Below, piece by piece: positions 60,424-64,000 of a stretch of 64,000 nucleotides of DNA (position 1 is its first letter; each line of letters starts with the position of its first letter). A program made the position numbers and the translations under genes. The notes under the pieces were generated by a model. The model ran no database searches. It was given only the letters and a program-made list of their open reading frames with translations, and was not told where the DNA came from. The stretch comes from an uncultured Spirochaetota bacterium. GTDB taxonomy: Bacteria; Spirochaetota; UBA4802; UBA5550. Where the stretch lies: positions 104,923 through 168,922 of the forward strand of contig CAWHAA010000009.1 in NCBI GenBank assembly GCA_963827275.1, in the 5' to 3' direction.

Positions 60424-61344
60424 TCATTGATACACCGCCAGACTCTCTTCTAGCATCTCCTTCATGGCATCCCGCAATTCCTTCGGCTCAAGAATCTCGA
60501 CCTCTTTCCCATAGAAAAAAAGCTGCTTGCACAGGTAAATGTCGTCAGCCACGGTAAAGGTCGCCTCGTACCTGCCATCCCCCAGCTCCTTGATCTCCGG
60601 TTCAAGGATGGAGATGGTCTGCTCGATGGGCTGTAGCACCGCCTCTGTGAAGCGAATCTTCACATGGTATGTCTCGCCGATGAATGAGCCGAGCGATTCT
60701 TTGTACACCTCGGCCGGATCGCGGATTTCATCATCGAAGAACTGGTCTGTGACCACCAGGTTCTCGATCCTGTTGACGATAAACTGCCGGACTTCGGGGA
60801 ATCCCGGCCTCCGGCCGTGCAGGTAGAGGTTGTTGCCGCGAAATATCATGAAGTGCGGATTGAGGATGAGCTCCTTTATGCGCGCGCCGGTGTTGGTGGT
60901 ATAATTGAACTTGATTTGTCGTTTCTCGAGACAGGCAAAATAGATACGTGCCAGCATCCAGAGGCAGTCGATCGGGTGCTTCCTGATGAAGTTCTTTAAT
61001 ATAAGCTCACGTGTTGAATCGTGGACCACGAAGGATGAATATAGCGATGCAATGCGGAGTGTCATCTCATCTGAAATAGGCTCGGCCAGTTCGATTTTAC
61101 GACCGCCTTTGCGAACATCAACCCGGAGTCCCAATTCTTTCTTAAGATGTTTTTTGATGTACTCCCTGATTGTTTTGTCCGTGGGTGCCTCTCGCTCCTC
61201 TATGTTGAGCATGGAAGCCAGTGATGTACCGTTCCATTCGACTGGATCCTTGTTTCCCTGCAAAAGTGCGAGAATGTGCAGGTAGCGTCTGAGTATTCCC
61301 ATGGGTGTTTTGGGATCTGGCAGGAGAAGAGTTTTTCGTTCCAT
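60424..61344 (-). CDS. HTH-WYL-WCX transcriptional regulator
   Basis: N-terminal wHTH; I.F.Y, P......NLYL.G, R.F..NRI and L..YG..VEILEP.ELR. Confidence 0.85.
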   Translation of the reverse strand: MERKTLLLPDPKTPMGILRRYLHILALLQGNKDPVEWNGTSLASMLNIEEREAPTDKTIREYIKKHLKKELGLRVDVRKGGRKIELAEPISDEMTLRIASLYSSFVVHDSTRELILKNFIRKHPIDCLWMLARIYFACLEKRQIKFNYTTNTGARIKELILNPHFMIFRGNNLYLHGRRPGFPEVRQFIVNRIENLVVTDQFFDDEIRDPAEVYKESLGSFIGETYHVKIRFTEAVLQPIEQTISILEPEIKELGDGRYEATFTVADDIYLCKQLFFYGKEVEILEPKELRDAMKEMLEESLAVYQ

Positions 61345-61474
61345 GTTATACTCCAAATATGTACAAAGGTGTACATCCCTCGTACAGGTGGCAAGTGTAG
61401 ATTCTGTATATTATACTCATAATGAATAGGCGATCCAGGTGCATTGTCCAGCATAAAATATTTAAGAGGATTAT

Positions 61475-63210
61475 ATGATGAAAAAATCGCCGCGTTTGAA
61501 CAGGCGGGGCTCTTGCTCCGAATGTAATTTTATTGATACTGATTTTCCATTTAATCGACACATGGCTGGTTATTCTATACGGATATTGCGGTCCTATGGT
61601 CTCGTAGAACAGATGCTAGGGTATGTTCTTTCTTGTATGACTTTGAAAGAGCGTCGCAGCATGGTCAAATCTTTTTATACAGACACGAAAAAATCGGGAG
61701 ATAATGTTGAGGGAACAGGTAATTTCAGGAGGGTAATATCCGGCCTGAGCCGTCCAGGGAATATAGATGACGATATAGTCGAAGATATCCTTGACGGTAC
61801 TACTGTAATGAATGAACGCGCTGTTGTCCATGTTCTTACCTCGTGGCTCCGCGTGGCCCTGGTTTCACATGACCGGAGGGCAGGGGATGGATTGGAGAAG
61901 CGTTCAGAAGAATTGAAAAAGACCTTTGGTCTCGATGATCGGGATATTTCCCTCCTTATCTTCTTGTGCTGCACCTATGCGATCAACGTGGAGTACCTGA
62001 AAGAAATTCAGTCTGAAATGACATATAGCAGTTATCTGAGACTGGCATCAATTGCGACAGGTCTACCGATGCGTACTGTGCATGAGCGTCTGGGATCGAA
62101 TGGCCGTCTTTTTAAGACAGGTATTATTGAGAGCCATGGACACGCTTCGCCCGGAATATTTCATGCTAAACGATAATATCTCGGATTTTCTTTCAGGCTC
62201 CTCAGACTATACGCTTATAGAGAAGTGTATCCGCCTGGACAGGAGGAAAGGTTTTTGATATTGACTCGTATGGCATCGATAAAGAGAACGTGGGAATTAT
62301 CCGTGACATCCTGTCCGCGGGTAGCCCGGTCAACATACTCCTACACGGCACCGCAGGTACCGGCAAGACGGAGTTCGCGCGCTCGGTTGCGGCCCTGACC
62401 GGCAAGAAGGTCTATTTTCTCAACCACCGGCCTGAGTCCGGGACCAGGAAGCAGGGCAGGGGAAGCGATGATCCCCTGCTGATATTGAATGTTGCGGGTA
62501 ATTCCGTGTCCGCCGACCAGGGGATTATCATCGTGGACGAGGCAGATTATATCCTGAATACCGGGAGACCGTTTCAGCCTCGTCGCCGACACTGTCGAGA
62601 AGGGTATCCTCAACGATTTCCTTGACCGGAGCATGTCGCAGATGGTCTGGATTTCCAATCGGTCACGAACATGGAAGAGTCGACGCTACGCCGATTTTCC
62701 TACAGCCTCCATTTTAACTCGCTATACCAGCAGGGAGCGGGAGAACATCTGGAATGCCATACTTGCGAAGCATCCCCTGCGAAAATATATCAGTCCCGGT
62801 CTTGTACGCAAGCTCTCGCTCGAGTTCAGGGTCAACGCGGGGAGCATCGCATCCGCGCTGAAGGCCACGGAGATGATGTTCCACGGGAAAAAGAAGTCCG
62901 CGGAGGCTGTCACGGCCTGCCTGCGCCGTCTTCTGGAGCGACACCAGGAGATGATCCACCGCGATTTCCGTAAGCGAAAGAAGCTCCATGACCTGACCGA
63001 CAGGTATGACGTTGCTTCGCTCAACACGGATACGCCGCCGGACCGGGTTATTGCCTCGGTTTCCGGTTTTGCGGACATGTGGAAAGACTCATCCGAAACG
63101 CATGATGCGAATCTGAACCTGCTCTTCTGGGGGCCGCCCGGCACGGGCAAGACCGAGTTCGTCAAATACCTGGCAGATAAAGCTGGCATGCGGCTTGTTG
63201 TGCGTCGTCG
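61475..63210 (+). pseudogene. Double-AAA ATPase, several frameshifts, truncated after the second Walker A
   Basis: ILLHGTAGTGKTEF, IIIVDEAD, WISN...STLRRF.YS and LLFWGPPGTGKTEF; the sequence then changes abruptly. Confidence 0.75.
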
Positions 63211-64000
63211 GTTGATGATTTAGGCCGGCAAGAAAAAGAAGACAGCGCGATTGCTGATTTTAAGCGGGTTATCGCTCTTGATCCGTCTGACTATTTGGCA
63301 TTTAGCGTTCTTTGGGATGTCGGCAGTTCCCGGGATAGCGTTAAAAGTCATCTGTTGGCTGATTTCGCTAAGGCAACTAAAAAAAGATTGTCTCGCGCCG
63401 GGGATTACTCTGATCGCGGCGCCATAGCTTCAAAATTCGGCTTAACGCGGGAGGCGTTGGACGACTTTGATCAAGCTATCGCGCTCGACTCGAATCTTTC
63501 TCGGGCTTATTATTACCGGGCATCTTTGTTTAAAGACCTGGGTCTTTTTGATCAAGCAATAGTCGGTTTTATCAAGGCTATAAAGATTGATCCGTCCAGA
63601 GAGGCGGCGCGCGAAGAGTTGGAGCAGTTGTTTGGTTTTGATGTGTTGAGCAGTTTTGTCAGGAGTTTTACGCCTAAGCAGATGTGGCCGGCAAATTGGC
63701 CGATTAAAGGTGAGTTTGGTAAGAAGGATGTATTTCCCAGCCAGGAATCGCCAGGTATCAATACCACCGCTGATTCGGCACTGGCACAGGAATATTTTAA
63801 TCGCGGCCGGGCATCGTTGCAGTATGGCCAGACGGATGATGCCTTAGCAGATTTGAAGCGGGCGGTCAAGCTTGACCCCAAGCGTTGGGATGCTTTTTAC
63901 ACGTTGGGGATAGCTCGGTTGGCTTTAGGCGATGTTGATTCGGCAATCGCGGATTTCTCAAAGACCATCCAGATTAATCCTCAATACAAAAGGGCGTTGT
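63211..64000 (+). CDS. TPR-repeat protein fragment (no start seen, runs off the window edge)
   Basis: Open frame: AIADFKRVIALDP...EALDDFDQAIALDSNLSRAYYYRA...DALADLKRAVKLDP...AIADFSKTIQINPQY. Not in the ORF track. Confidence 0.75.

Larger units (their letters stand above)
53850..63210. mobile_element. AT-rich accessory/defence island (no integrase visible in the window)
   Basis: Visible drop in GC content, long direct repeats, TA modules, nucleases, WYL and phage-like relics. Confidence 0.6.

Overview
64-kb bacterial window, mostly GC-rich. It is probably from an anaerobic Spirochaetota (Leptospira-related) genome; this is inferred only from protein families such as LA_0442-type barrel proteins, FecR/ECF lipoprotein loci and MotA/MotB. 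Bases 3-28.4 kb are a formate/H2 metabolism cluster. It has a selenocysteine formate dehydrogenase (in-frame UGA plus SECIS), a NuoE-NuoF fusion, an OFA transporter, a group 3d NAD-coupled [NiFe] hydrogenase (hoxFUYHW), hypABCDEF and DRTGG/CBS-kinase and two-component regulators. An AT-rich exosortase plus micro PEP-CTERM pair interrupts this cluster. Bases 28.6-31 kb hold two unannotated paralogous 23-aa hydrophobic peptide genes that share an upstream motif and flank an acyl-CoA dehydrogenase. Bases 31-44.5 kb are housekeeping genes (GT2, RNase P RNA with a long P12, sppA, Zn/Mn ABC transporter, motAB, GGDEF). Bases 44.7-53.7 kb are an ECF sigma/FecR locus with repeat-rich surface lipoproteins. 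From about 53.8 kb an AT-rich island carries four copies of a ~260-bp repeat that delimit toxin-antitoxin cassettes, followed by phage-like relics, HNH, WYL and AAA genes and an abrupt junction into a TPR gene. Many single-base frameshifts occur (hypF, acyl-CoA dehydrogenase, AAA) and may be assembly errors rather than true pseudogenes. All calls come from reading the sequence; no database searches were run.
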